Source: a virus | Lineage: Duplodnaviria > Caudoviricetes | IMG/VR virus record: IMGVR_UViG_3300046780_000362 | Coordinates: 1-62,463 of that record | Direction: 5' to 3' (one strand) | Length of the DNA: 62,463 nucleotides | Shown here: piece by piece, positions 37,416 through 47,748 of the stretch | Numbering within the stretch: position 1 is the stretch's first letter | Layout: each line of letters starts with the position of its first letter | Program-made: the position numbers and the translations under genes | The notes under the pieces: model-generated | The model's input: only the letters and a program-made list of their open reading frames with translations | What the model was told of the DNA's origin: nothing | Databases searched by the model: none

Positions 37416-37972
37416 GCTCCGGGGCACTCGACCCGATCGCGAACCCACAGGCGTGGGACGTCGTGCGCGTGGGACAAGCCACGAGCCCCGGTTGCGCCGT
37501 GATCGGGGAGATCAAGCGCAAGAATCAGTGGGACGTGAAGAAGGGAAAGGGCACGCTCGGGTCCACGGTCACGTTCGTGGGGCGTCCGCCCGGTACGGTG
37601 TCCGTCGAATTCTTGCTGTGGCTCCCGTCGCACTTCCGCGCGTGGGACACATTCCGCCCGTTGCTAAAGTACGACCCGACGAAAAAGTCCGTGCAGGCGG
37701 TGGACGTGTATCACCCCTCGTGGGCGGACGTTGACTTCAAGTCCGTGGTCACCGAGTCGATCGGGAGCATCGTCCACAAGGGCAAGGGGCTGTACTCGAT
37801 CACGATCGAATGGCTCGAGTACTTCCCCGCCTCCAAGGTGAGCTCCGTCTCGACCCCCTCGGGGAGCGTGGGAACGCAGGCCGGCACCACGCCGGGCGCC
37901 CCGCCGGACCCGATCGGTGACGCCCAGCAACGGCAGATCGCCGCGCTCGCGAAGCAAGCGGGGCTCACGTGA
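37412..37972 (+). CDS. Tail tube initiator-like protein
   Basis: Position directly after the tape measure gene. Confidence 0.55.
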   Translation: MSSGALDPIANPQAWDVVRVGQATSPGCAVIGEIKRKNQWDVKKGKGTLGSTVTFVGRPPGTVSVEFLLWLPSHFRAWDTFRPLLKYDPTKKSVQAVDVYHPSWADVDFKSVVTESIGSIVHKGKGLYSITIEWLEYFPASKVSSVSTPSGSVGTQAGTTPGAPPDPIGDAQQRQIAALAKQAGLT

Positions 37973-38625
37973 CCGAGTTCGCCGCGCTCGCCGGCGCCCG
38001 CGTCACGACCATGTCCGTCGGGATCCCGATGTACGGGCTTTGGGCGGGGGACGTCACGGTGGCCACGGCTACGCCGCTCCCCGCCACAGCCTCGCCCTTG
38101 ACCATTGGCGACCTGTCGCTACTCGGTACGGCGTTTCGCCTGGCCACGTTCTCCGGGGCGTCCAGCGCTCGCCTCGTGGGCGGTTACGGAGGCTGGCGAA
38201 AGACCGCGCCGCGGCAAGCCTACGTAGGCGGGTCGGTGCGCCTGTCCATCGTTCTGAAAGACGCGGCCACCGTCGTGGGCGAGCGGCTCACGCTCGACGT
38301 ACCGGACGCGAACATCGCGCGCTACACGCGGGCCGAGGGCCCCGCGTCGCGGTCGCTCTCCCTCGCCGCGGGGCCGCTGTGGTACGTGGCGCCGGATGGT
38401 GTGACGCACGTCGGGCCGCGCCCGGGCGGTCTCATCACGTCCGACTTTGACGTGATCATGTGGACCGGGGCGACCGGCAAATTCACGATCGCTACAGAGA
38501 CGTTGGCGGACTGGATGCCCGGGCGCACATTCACCGCGCCCACAGTCCCGGGCGTGCGAACCGTTTCGTATACCGAGATCGGCATGGACAACGATGGCCG
38601 GCTCCGCTTGGAGGTGCTCGCGTGA
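37969..38625 (+). CDS. Baseplate hub protein
   Basis: Gene order; WYVAPDG motif. Confidence 0.55.
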   Translation: MTEFAALAGARVTTMSVGIPMYGLWAGDVTVATATPLPATASPLTIGDLSLLGTAFRLATFSGASSARLVGGYGGWRKTAPRQAYVGGSVRLSIVLKDAATVVGERLTLDVPDANIARYTRAEGPASRSLSLAAGPLWYVAPDGVTHVGPRPGGLITSDFDVIMWTGATGKFTIATETLADWMPGRTFTAPTVPGVRTVSYTEIGMDNDGRLRLEVLA

Positions 38626-39164
38626 TTCCCGTACCCGCCTCCCCGCTCGACCGCCTATGGTCCGCGTTCCGCGCGCTCATCGGCGTGGAGATCGCCCCGC
38701 TCGCTTACCTCGGCGTGTACGAGTACTCGGTCACGGCAACGGATGGCACGGCTGCGCAAGCGGCCACGACGGTGGATGTCGAGCCCACCGACCCCGCACT
38801 GAAGATGCCCGCGCTTCCGAAGGTGCCGATTCGGCTCCCGTTCGGAGTGACACCCCCGCACGGCGCGCTGTGCTCCGTGCAGTTCATGAACGGTGACCCG
38901 TCGCGCCCCATGGTCACGAACTTCACGGACCCCATGACGCTCATGGTGTTCAACGGTGGCACGCTTCCGAACGCGCGTCAGGGTGACATGTGCGCGGTCA
39001 CGCTGTTTGACTTCTCGAGTGCCGCGTCAACGGCGGTACTATCCACGCTCGCCCCGTTTTTCATTTCCGCGACGGGCGGGCCGTGCACATTCACACCCAC
39101 GCCGATCCCGCCCCTCGTCATATATGGGATCGTGTCCACCGGGATCCCCACGGTGAAGTCGTGA
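38622..39164 (+). CDS. Baseplate spike (gpV/gp45-like)
   Basis: VDVEP..P.VPI..VQFMNGDPSRP..ARQGD. Confidence 0.7.
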   Translation: MIPVPASPLDRLWSAFRALIGVEIAPLAYLGVYEYSVTATDGTAAQAATTVDVEPTDPALKMPALPKVPIRLPFGVTPPHGALCSVQFMNGDPSRPMVTNFTDPMTLMVFNGGTLPNARQGDMCAVTLFDFSSAASTAVLSTLAPFFISATGGPCTFTPTPIPPLVIYGIVSTGIPTVKS

Positions 39165-39931
39165 CAGTCACCTACCTCGGAAGCGTCACGGTGCGCGGCG
39201 CGATCCCGGGCTTGGCGGTGGCGCTCGACACTGTGAGCCTTGCCCTGGCCGGACTGAAGTCGACGGCCGAAGCACAGTTCGCGGCGCTGCTCGATGCGTC
39301 GGCCTCGATCGACGCGCAAGTCTCCGCGGTGCTCGCGGCGCGCGTGGCCATTCGGATCCCCGCGACGTTCGACATTCAAGCGCAACTCGACGCGTCGCTT
39401 GCGATCGGCGCCCAGCTCACCGCGCAAGTGTCCGACCCCTCGGTGTACTTCGCCGGCTTGCTGGAAGGGCTCGCGCAAGTCGAGGCGACAATCAACGCCG
39501 GGCTGGTCCTTCCGACGGTCGCTTTCGGAGCACAGCTCGAAGCAGTCGCCACCACGTCGGCTAGCATGTCCGCGAAGCTCGCCGCAATTGACCTGCAGCT
39601 CGACGCGTTGATCACGATCTCCGCCGCGCTCTCGGTGGCGGCCGGCGCACTCGCCGCGATCCGCGGGGCGCTGCAGGTGGCGATCTCCGCGGTGGTCGCG
39701 GCCATCGCACTTTACGCTCAGTTCAACGCCGTACTGGCGAACGCCGGCGTGCATGCGTTCTTGTACACCGGTACCGTGGCGAACATCGGCACGGAGCTCG
39801 ACGCCGCGATCTCGGCTGACACCGGATTCGCCGGAGCGTTGAATGTGCACCTTCCGTTCTTCTGTTACGACGCGGCCAACGCGGGGGCGGTGCAAGGGAT
39901 GCGCCTCGCGATTAGTCAGGCGGGTGCGTGA
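39161..39931 (+). CDS. Hypothetical Ala-rich helical virion protein
   Basis: Coupled ORF in the baseplate operon. Confidence 0.6.
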   Translation: MTVTYLGSVTVRGAIPGLAVALDTVSLALAGLKSTAEAQFAALLDASASIDAQVSAVLAARVAIRIPATFDIQAQLDASLAIGAQLTAQVSDPSVYFAGLLEGLAQVEATINAGLVLPTVAFGAQLEAVATTSASMSAKLAAIDLQLDALITISAALSVAAGALAAIRGALQVAISAVVAAIALYAQFNAVLANAGVHAFLYTGTVANIGTELDAAISADTGFAGALNVHLPFFCYDAANAGAVQGMRLAISQAGA

Positions 39932-40314
39932 TGGCGGATCTCGGAACAGACCTCGGGTGCGTGTCGGATCTCACGTCGACCATGTCCCTCGTGTCCGGCC
40001 GGCGTGCGCTCGGTGAGGCGTGCGCGCGACGACTTCAGACCCCGCGCGGTCGGTTGATCAAACACCCGAACTACGGGTACGATCTCACGGGCGAATTGAA
40101 CGGCGATCTCGCGGTGGCGGACATCGCGAGGATTCAGTCCAACGTGGAAGCCGAGTGCTTGAAGGAGTCGCGAGTACTCGCGGCCGCGGCGGTGGTCACG
40201 TATGCGGCGAACACGCTCACCGTCGTGATCACGATCACGGATGCGGCTGGGCCTTTCGCCTTGATCCTGGCCGTTTCCGGTGTGAGTGTTACACTCCTGG
40301 CGGTGTCATCGTGA
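39931..40314 (+). CDS. Baseplate wedge/sheath initiator (gp25/gp46-like)
   Basis: RRLQTPRG...PNYG...E.RV. Confidence 0.75.
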   Translation: MADLGTDLGCVSDLTSTMSLVSGRRALGEACARRLQTPRGRLIKHPNYGYDLTGELNGDLAVADIARIQSNVEAECLKESRVLAAAAVVTYAANTLTVVITITDAAGPFALILAVSGVSVTLLAVSS

Positions 40315-42056
40315 CCGAACTTTCGATCGACGAACTGTTCACTCCCGCCCTCGCGGACGAGTGGGAAGCGACCATGTTGGCCAACGCCAACACGCTCGAG
40401 CTGAAGACCACGTCGTGGGTCGAAGGCTCCCCGTCGCTCACGATTCTCGAGATCGTTTCCGCCGTGATGAGCCAAGAGGACGGCCTCGTGTCGCTCATCT
40501 CGCAAGGCGGGTTCCTCGACTTCGCGGCCACGGGGCAAGTCACGTTCACCGCGTCGGACGGAACCGAAGTAACGGTACCGGTGACGCCCGACCCGAGCGA
40601 CCCGACGGCGAACCCGGGCGGCACCCTTGGGTGGCTCGACCTCCTCGGCTCATCCCGATACGATGTCACGCGCATTCAACCGTCCTTCGCGACTGGTACG
40701 CTCGCGATTGGCAACACGTCCGCCGGCACGCTCAATTACGCCGCGGGGACGTACCACGTGGAGAACCCCTCCACGGGCGCCACGTACAAGAACGCGGACG
40801 TGATCTCGGTGCCGCAAGGCACGCTCGTGGGCACGAACATCACGGGGGTGTCGAACGGAAACCCGGTGGTCGTGATCACCGCCACGGCGCACGGTCTTAC
40901 GAACGGCACGTCGGTAGTGGTGTCGGGCGTCGTAGGCGCGCGCGTGTCCGGCGTATTCGTGATCACGGTCGTGACCCCTACTTCATTTCAATTGAACGGG
41001 TTCGACGGCACGAATATCGGCACGTACGTTTCCGGCGGCACGGTGCGCGCCACGTCGCTAGTCACGATCTCGGCCGACCTGGCGGGGACCGATGGCACGT
41101 CGAACGGTGGCACGATCACGCAGACGGTGACGTCCAACAATGGCGTCTTCGTGGCGAACCCGACGGCCATCGTCGGCCGCGGGTGGGAGACGAATGTGCA
41201 GCTCGCGACGCGGTGTCGCGCGCGCCTCGCGTCGATCTCTCCAAACGGCCCCAAGGGAGCGTACTTCTACTTCGCCACGAGCGCCGCGGACATTCTAAGC
41301 AACCCGAGCAACCCGCTTTTCGTTGCGCCGGCCGTGACGATTCCGGCGATCACTCGCGCGTCCGTGAGCCGTGACCCGGCGACGGGAACGGTTACCGTCG
41401 TGGTTGCGAGTGCCTCCGGCGCGGTCGGCGGGGTAACGAACCTCCCGATCACGAACGCTACCGCGGCGACTCCGATCGCGATCACGACCGCCGCGCCCCA
41501 CACGCTCTCGACGGGGGACACCGTCACCGTGGCCGGCGTGCTCGGTATTGCGCAAGCGAACGGCACTCGAGCGATCACGGTGACCGGCGCGTCGTCGTTC
41601 ACGCTCAACGGTTCTGTCGGCACCGGCACGTACCTAGGTGGAGGGACGGTCGAAGGCGGCGTACTCGGCCAGGTAGACCGCGTGATCCGCGCGAACGCCG
41701 TGCCGGACACCGTGACCGAAAGCACGGTCTCGGCGGTAGACTTCCCCGTGAACATCGAAGCGACCGTGGAGGTCCCCTTCGCGAACGTCGACACGTACAC
41801 CGCGGCCGTACAACAGGCGCTTGCGCTGTACAACGCCGCGCTTCCAATGGGTGGGATAGACGGCGTGTACCCGATTCAAGGCGGGGTAGACGGTGTGCTC
41901 TACGCGGCGGGCATCGTTGGCGGCTCGCGCACGAGCTACGTGCGCCGAGTGACCTCGATCCTGCTGAACGGCACGGCCGGCGATCTGTCCTTCCCTGGGG
42001 CAACGTCCGTGGCGTCGCTCACGCCGGCGCCGTCGATCAACGTGGTGGGTGTGTGA
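40311..42056 (+). CDS. Baseplate J-like protein with two inserted beta domains
   Basis: WLDLLG...R, GTDG, GRGWETNVQL..RC..SPNGPKGAY. Confidence 0.8.
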   Translation: MTELSIDELFTPALADEWEATMLANANTLELKTTSWVEGSPSLTILEIVSAVMSQEDGLVSLISQGGFLDFAATGQVTFTASDGTEVTVPVTPDPSDPTANPGGTLGWLDLLGSSRYDVTRIQPSFATGTLAIGNTSAGTLNYAAGTYHVENPSTGATYKNADVISVPQGTLVGTNITGVSNGNPVVVITATAHGLTNGTSVVVSGVVGARVSGVFVITVVTPTSFQLNGFDGTNIGTYVSGGTVRATSLVTISADLAGTDGTSNGGTITQTVTSNNGVFVANPTAIVGRGWETNVQLATRCRARLASISPNGPKGAYFYFATSAADILSNPSNPLFVAPAVTIPAITRASVSRDPATGTVTVVVASASGAVGGVTNLPITNATAATPIAITTAAPHTLSTGDTVTVAGVLGIAQANGTRAITVTGASSFTLNGSVGTGTYLGGGTVEGGVLGQVDRVIRANAVPDTVTESTVSAVDFPVNIEATVEVPFANVDTYTAAVQQALALYNAALPMGGIDGVYPIQGGVDGVLYAAGIVGGSRTSYVRRVTSILLNGTAGDLSFPGATSVASLTPAPSINVVGV

Positions 42057-43189
42057 TGGCGCAGCAACGTGATGTAGTGAAAGATCTCAGTCCGCCCTGG
42101 CTCTCGTCCGGGACTGCCGAGCGGTACCTGTACAACTTTGGACTCGCGGGTGACGCAATCCTCGAGAAGTTGAACCAGGGCATTCGCGCAGCCATGCCAG
42201 GGGTCGGCACGCAAACGGCGCTCGTGTACATCGGAAACGACATGGTGATCCCGCGTGGCCCATTCGAAGACGCGGACGCCTACGCGAGCCGACTCCAGAA
42301 AGCCTACGAAGCGTGGCAGCGCGCCGGCGCCCGCCGCGCCATTCTGTCGCAGGTGCTTTCGTACTTGAGTGACCCCGCGCTCGTGAACAATGGGCAGCCG
42401 GTTGGAGCGATCGTCAGTGGGGCAGATCCGATCATCGCGAATTGGAGCCTGTACTACAGCGGTGACGATCTCAGTCAACCACCGTTCTACATTGTGCCGA
42501 ACCCCCTTGGCGAGTTCGACTGGGATGGTGCGGCGAAGTGGTGGCGCGCGTGGCTGGTGCTCTACTTCACGCCGCGCGATCTCGGCCGCACCGGCAACGC
42601 CGCATTCTTCAATTCGAACCTCGGTTTCGGCGAGCTGCAAAACTTGTCCGCTATGACCCCGGCCGACGTTGGCCGGTTCCTCGTGGTGACGGGCGCCGCG
42701 TCCGCCGCGCACAACGGGGCGTTTCGGATCGAGGAGTATGTGAGCTCTACGCACGTGCGCGTTGGGTGCGGCGTATCGCTCGGCCCGGATGCGAACGATG
42801 GCACGATCTCGTGGTCGGTGAAAGAGTACCCGACCGTCTCGCCCGGCCCCTCGTGGGGCTCCCCTGGAATGGTGTGGGGCGATCCAACGCGGTCGTGGGG
42901 CCTCGCAAACCCGCCCGGAGTGATGGCAGGCGTGCGTGAGATCTTGCGTGAGTGGCAGAGCGCCCACTCGCTCTATGTCGATATCGTGCTCGTGTTCAGC
43001 GGCGGCACCGGCGCCGCGGGCGAGGATTTCTCCCCTTATTCCACGTCAGGCGCGGGCAACCCAGACGGGACGTGGGAGCACTTCTCGAAGATCGACGGAA
43101 GCGGTAACAGCGTGCCCGCGCGTATCTTCACGGGCACGAGTACCCCCTATCAAAAGTTCAACTGTTTTGCCGGAGGAAACCCAGAATGA
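42053..43189 (+). CDS. Baseplate wedge 2 (gpI/gp48-like)
   Basis: ALVYIG.D..IPRG..E....YASRL; follows the J-like gene. Confidence 0.65.
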   Translation: MMAQQRDVVKDLSPPWLSSGTAERYLYNFGLAGDAILEKLNQGIRAAMPGVGTQTALVYIGNDMVIPRGPFEDADAYASRLQKAYEAWQRAGARRAILSQVLSYLSDPALVNNGQPVGAIVSGADPIIANWSLYYSGDDLSQPPFYIVPNPLGEFDWDGAAKWWRAWLVLYFTPRDLGRTGNAAFFNSNLGFGELQNLSAMTPADVGRFLVVTGAASAAHNGAFRIEEYVSSTHVRVGCGVSLGPDANDGTISWSVKEYPTVSPGPSWGSPGMVWGDPTRSWGLANPPGVMAGVREILREWQSAHSLYVDIVLVFSGGTGAAGEDFSPYSTSGAGNPDGTWEHFSKIDGSGNSVPARIFTGTSTPYQKFNCFAGGNPE

Positions 43190-44409
43190 GCGGCGTTCCA
43201 TACGTAGGCTCGCCGGTGTACCCGGCGTCCATCACCGAACCGAAAGACGGCGAACCGTGCACGGTCGCGAGCATCAATGTTGCTGTCGAAGGAAACCGCG
43301 ATGCGGTCGTGTACCTCAAAGCACAGCGGGATGTGATCGACGGCACCGCGCTTCGCAATTGGCACGTCCCATTCATCAAAGCAGACGGAACGGGGACGGC
43401 GCTCGACTTCTCACACGCCCGGGGAGACGGGACGAACACGGCCTTTTGGTCGACCACGTATAACCTATGGATCAAGTGCGGGTCGAATACGGCGGGGAAG
43501 TTCTACATCGGGGATGCGGGGTGGTTCTCCCTCTTTGATACGGCCGCCGCGGCACCGCCCAAGGTGTCGTTCGGATGCGACTCGGCGATCGGAATCAACC
43601 CCGGCCGCGTGTGCGTGTTCAACGGAGACACGAAAACGTCCGGCGGTGGCGTCGATCCGAAGTACATACTCGGGCCCGCGGCTGGTGACTACGCGGTCGG
43701 CACATGGACCACGAAGAGCCTCGACGCGATCGGGAGCTTCACCTCGTACGTAAAGGCGTACGATTGCGTCGTCACACCCACGCAACGGATCATCGTGGTG
43801 GGTGGCGGGGACAACGGCGGGGTGAATCATTACCTCGCGTGGAAGTCGGACGACCACGGAAACTCTTTCACCCGGGTGACTGTGGGCACCGCGTCCGCCG
43901 TGTTCGACGCGCTCACGCGTGTGATCGTTGGAAAGAATGGGCGCCTCGTGGCATGGATCAAGGCAGCCACCGCTCTGCAGGGTAACAAGCTGTGGTACTC
44001 AGATGACAACGGGAATACGTGGTCGTCGCGATCCGGGATCGGGTTCGACAACATCGTTGACGGCGTGTACCTCCCGGATCTGGACGTGTGGGCGTTCTCC
44101 GCTGCAGGACCGGCGATCTACACTGTCGCAGATCCGGCGGTGTCCGCGTTCACCGCGAACGCGATCTCATTCGTGCCCACGGCAATGACAGGGTTCGGCC
44201 ATTCGTTGATCTACGCACAGCAGACGTCTGCTTTTCAGTTCGAAATGTTCTTGTCTCGAGACGCCATGGCCACTGACTTGACGCTCGTCGGCCGCGACCC
44301 GTTGCAGTACAATTGCGTCAACCTCGCTGTATCCCCTTACCACCAAGTGTTCCGATCCGCGTGGGACGGCGCGTCCGCGGCGAGCATCACGCTTTCAGGG
44401 AGGGAATGA
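43186..44409 (+). CDS. Tail fibre/receptor-binding protein with Asp-box (BNR) repeats
   Basis: WKSDDHGNSF and WYSDDNGNTW. Confidence 0.65.
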   Translation: MSGVPYVGSPVYPASITEPKDGEPCTVASINVAVEGNRDAVVYLKAQRDVIDGTALRNWHVPFIKADGTGTALDFSHARGDGTNTAFWSTTYNLWIKCGSNTAGKFYIGDAGWFSLFDTAAAAPPKVSFGCDSAIGINPGRVCVFNGDTKTSGGGVDPKYILGPAAGDYAVGTWTTKSLDAIGSFTSYVKAYDCVVTPTQRIIVVGGGDNGGVNHYLAWKSDDHGNSFTRVTVGTASAVFDALTRVIVGKNGRLVAWIKAATALQGNKLWYSDDNGNTWSSRSGIGFDNIVDGVYLPDLDVWAFSAAGPAIYTVADPAVSAFTANAISFVPTAMTGFGHSLIYAQQTSAFQFEMFLSRDAMATDLTLVGRDPLQYNCVNLAVSPYHQVFRSAWDGASAASITLSGRE

Positions 44410-44413
44410 CCCA

Positions 44414-45121
44414 ATGTCGTGGATGGACAGATTCTTCGGCGGTGGCTACTCGCGAATCCAGATCGCGGGCTCCGACTTGCCCGGTGAAGTCGCCTTGAAC
44501 TTCGTGTCGGGCGCGAGCGCGGTGGACGACCCCGGAAACGACCGCACGAACGTGACCGTTCTTGGGGGCGGTGCGGCCTTGCCGAACGGGGATTACGTGG
44601 GGCAATTGCTGCAGTGGACCGGGTCAATCTGGGATGGCACGATGGCCACCCCGAACACCGGGGACTCCCCCGTGTGGAACGGGTCCGACTGGATCCCGAC
44701 CCAAGGCGGACAGCCGATCGTGCCCCCGTCCACCGTCACGTTCTCACTCTCGGCCGCGAGCGTGGACGTCACGGCGTTCACCGTACCAGCGTCGCCCACG
44801 GGTAACTCGAGGTTCGTGCTCATGGGCGTTGACGTGCGGCTGAACTCGGCGATCACGAACACGGGCAACGTGGTGGTGAAGGCGGGGCTCACCGCCGGCG
44901 GTACGGACTTTCTCGTGGCGTCCGCCGCGTGGACCAGCGCCACCGCAGTGGGCACTTTGATCGGCGAGTCCGTGGCGGACCTCGGGGCGTCGTTCATCGC
45001 TCTGCAAGGGTACCGCGCGATCTTGAACGCCGGCCAGGCCGTGATCGTGCGCGCCACCACGTCGGGCACGTTGTCTGCAGGCGCCGCTCGCGTATATGTA
45101 TACGGGTACTACCTGCCGTGA
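44414..45121 (+). CDS. Putative tail fibre-associated protein
   Basis: GQLLQWTGS and WNGSDWIP fibre-type repeats. Confidence 0.55.
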   Translation: MSWMDRFFGGGYSRIQIAGSDLPGEVALNFVSGASAVDDPGNDRTNVTVLGGGAALPNGDYVGQLLQWTGSIWDGTMATPNTGDSPVWNGSDWIPTQGGQPIVPPSTVTFSLSAASVDVTAFTVPASPTGNSRFVLMGVDVRLNSAITNTGNVVVKAGLTAGGTDFLVASAAWTSATAVGTLIGESVADLGASFIALQGYRAILNAGQAVIVRATTSGTLSAGAARVYVYGYYLP

Positions 45122-45924
45122 CTTTCGACCACCGCCGCTATCCACAACTGACCGACCCGGACTCCGGAGGCGGAATGTCGATCTGGCTCGACGCCAGCGA
45201 CACGAGCACCGCGTCTCTCAAGGATACAACCGGAACATCAATCTCCAATGGAGAGACAGTCGGCCAGTTCATTTCGAAGGCCGGGAGCGCCCGCATCTTC
45301 CAACAACTAGGGGCGTCGACACGGCCAACTTTCGTCGCGAGCGGGATCAACGGAATGGGCTCCATATCGTTCGACGGAACAATGGTTCTCGCCGCTGACA
45401 CTGTTACAGGGATGACGAGTCTCGCGGGGCTTTCAGTTCTCGCCGTAGAGCAGAACGTAGACGGGACCGGCATCGTTTTTGGCGTCACCGTATCGCATGA
45501 TTCCGGGAACGCCGTCACCTCGCTAATCAACATCCCACCAGGTCGCGTATCGCCGTTATCCGCGATCGGCGGGCGTCGACTACAGGCGGACAGCTTCGTG
45601 TCGAGCCTAGATGGGCTCGCGGTGCAGCCGAACACGCGGAACATGCAGGGCGGGATCTTCGACTTCGCGAACGCGAAGCTCACGTACACGCAAAACGGCG
45701 TGGTCATGGGCCGACAATCCGCGTTTCAGACCGCGGGAAACACGAGCGCGAACGCTCCATTTGCCATGTGCCTCGGGAGTTTTGCGCAAGAGGGCGGAAC
45801 GTTCGCCACTCCCGGGTTCAAGGGAATGGTCGGCGAAGTCCGCGCGTGGTTCTCCGCGCGCACGATCGATCAAATGGCCGCGTCCGCGGCGTACCTGCGT
45901 TTGAAGTGGAGGCTACCATGGTGA
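45118..45924 (+). CDS. LamG/ConA-like lectin-domain virion protein
   Basis: WLDASD...RPT...ING..SISFDG...GMVGEV...YLRLKW. Confidence 0.65.
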   Translation: MTFDHRRYPQLTDPDSGGGMSIWLDASDTSTASLKDTTGTSISNGETVGQFISKAGSARIFQQLGASTRPTFVASGINGMGSISFDGTMVLAADTVTGMTSLAGLSVLAVEQNVDGTGIVFGVTVSHDSGNAVTSLINIPPGRVSPLSAIGGRRLQADSFVSSLDGLAVQPNTRNMQGGIFDFANAKLTYTQNGVVMGRQSAFQTAGNTSANAPFAMCLGSFAQEGGTFATPGFKGMVGEVRAWFSARTIDQMAASAAYLRLKWRLPW

Positions 45925-46047
45925 ATGAAGACGAGAACGACTTCGAGTGCGAAGTCTTTCTAGATGACGGTGGCGCACCGCCACCGCCGACCGTAAAAGA
46001 CCAGCCCGTAATTTTCCCTCTCGCATTTATGCTAGGAGCACAGTGAT

Positions 46048-46710
46048 ATGGCCGACAATGTAACCGCAAACGGGGTGAGCGTCGGAGGCGGCGCTGTGTT
46101 CGCCACCGATGATATCGGCGGGGTGCAATACCCGCGAACCAAGATCGCGATCGGAGCTGACGGATCCGCTACTGACTGTTCGACGGCGAACCCGATGCCG
46201 GTGGCCGGCAACGTCGCCCACGACGGTGTCGACTCAGGAAATCCCGTCAAGGTTGGCGGCAAGGCCGCGAACGCGCTCCCCGCGGCCGTGTCGAACGCTG
46301 ACCGAGCGGACGCACTCACGGACCTATGGGGGCGACAACTGCAAGCCCACATAGACCCCGCAATGCAGCTCCGGAAGTCGTTCAACTCGACGACAACGCA
46401 GACCGGAGCCGCAGTGTGGACTCCGGCGAGCGGGAAGAAGATCGCGATCACGAGCGTCCAGATCGGCGCGTACGGTACGACCGCGGCTCGCCTGATCCTC
46501 TGGTTCGGCGCATCCGGAGATACGACGTACACCGAAGGAACCGACGACGCGGTGGTCAAGCAGAGCTTTGCACCATCGGCGAACGGGTTCCCGGGACTAG
46601 TGTTCACTCCTGCAGTCCCGTACTACCACCCCGTAGCCGACGACATTCTTCGCGTGACGACCGACGCGGGGCTTAGCGTGGACATCGTCGTCACCGGATA
46701 CGAGTTCTAA
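46048..46710 (+). CDS. Hypothetical virion protein
   Basis: AGGAG RBS; beta-rich. Confidence 0.6.
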   Translation: MADNVTANGVSVGGGAVFATDDIGGVQYPRTKIAIGADGSATDCSTANPMPVAGNVAHDGVDSGNPVKVGGKAANALPAAVSNADRADALTDLWGRQLQAHIDPAMQLRKSFNSTTTQTGAAVWTPASGKKIAITSVQIGAYGTTAARLILWFGASGDTTYTEGTDDAVVKQSFAPSANGFPGLVFTPAVPYYHPVADDILRVTTDAGLSVDIVVTGYEF

Positions 46711-46712
46711 CC

Positions 46713-47708
46713 GTGTCTATCCACGTTCTAGGCGGCGGCCTAGTAGGTCTAGACGGCGCTCCGCAGCTCTACAAGCTTACGGCCGCGGCGTGCTTGCGTT
46801 CTTGGCAGAGCGATTTCGGCGTCGCCACGGGCGGCACGCCACTGGCGAGCGGTACGGTTCCGCCAGTCGTTACGCTAACGGGGGCGATCCCAACGTGCAT
46901 CGCCTTCCGCCTCGAGGTCCAGAGCACTGGTGCGCTCAATGTTGGGACGTTCCGATATGGTATACAGAACACTGGATCCACGTCTACTACATGGATCGAA
47001 CAGAACGTAACCATTCCGCTATCCGGGACCTACGCGGCGATCGCAGCGCTCGTCGGTGTAACTATAAACTTCCCGGCCGGGACGTATACTAATGACGACG
47101 TGTATCAAGGCACGTGCTCTAGCTGGACCGACTGCGCCTCTGGCGTAGCGGCGACTCAGGGTACTGCAGCGAACCAGCCGTTGATTCTCTGGAACGCTAC
47201 AATAAATCGCCTCTTTCTGCGCGGCGACGGCTCGAACGACTTCTTGCGAGATGCGACGCTCAATCTTCCCTTGCCGGGGACAACCCCAACGTTTTTCTGG
47301 CTTGAATTTTCGCAGGTATCCTGGACGGCTAATGACGCTCTTTTTTGCACCGGGACGACCGGCGGCCAAATGCAGTGCTTTCAGCATACGTCTTCTCCAA
47401 CCATGGCGGCCTACAATAACGTAATTGCGGCGGACAATAACGGCGCGTCACTGGGCACCGCGACTCGTGGAGAAGTCTACTACTCTAATAGCACGAGCGA
47501 TTATACCAAGCTGGCTAGCACCACGGTCACCGGTGTAAGCTTCGGGAACCAAGATCCGCCTGCCGGTATTAACCTATTAGCGACCAGTACTGGTGCTTCC
47601 GCGATGAACGCAGATTTATATACGCTGAACATACACTCGGCGTTGCCAAGCGTTGCCGAGCGCGCCGCACTCACGGCGGCGTCGGCCGCGCGGGGGTTTG
47701 CTGCCTAA
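46713..47708 (+). CDS. LamG-like virion protein
   Basis: SWTD..G..ATQGTAANQP..GDGSNDFL; visibly lower GC3. Confidence 0.55.
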   Translation: MSIHVLGGGLVGLDGAPQLYKLTAAACLRSWQSDFGVATGGTPLASGTVPPVVTLTGAIPTCIAFRLEVQSTGALNVGTFRYGIQNTGSTSTTWIEQNVTIPLSGTYAAIAALVGVTINFPAGTYTNDDVYQGTCSSWTDCASGVAATQGTAANQPLILWNATINRLFLRGDGSNDFLRDATLNLPLPGTTPTFFWLEFSQVSWTANDALFCTGTTGGQMQCFQHTSSPTMAAYNNVIAADNNGASLGTATRGEVYYSNSTSDYTKLASTTVTGVSFGNQDPPAGINLLATSTGASAMNADLYTLNIHSALPSVAERAALTAASAARGFAA

Positions 47709-47744
47709 GCCCCGATACCGCGTGGTGGCGCATCGGGGCTTAGG
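47704..47744. terminator. 13-bp perfect hairpin
   Basis: CCTAAGCCCCGAT-N15-ATCGGGGCTTAGG. Confidence 0.55.
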
Positions 47745-47748
47745 TTAA

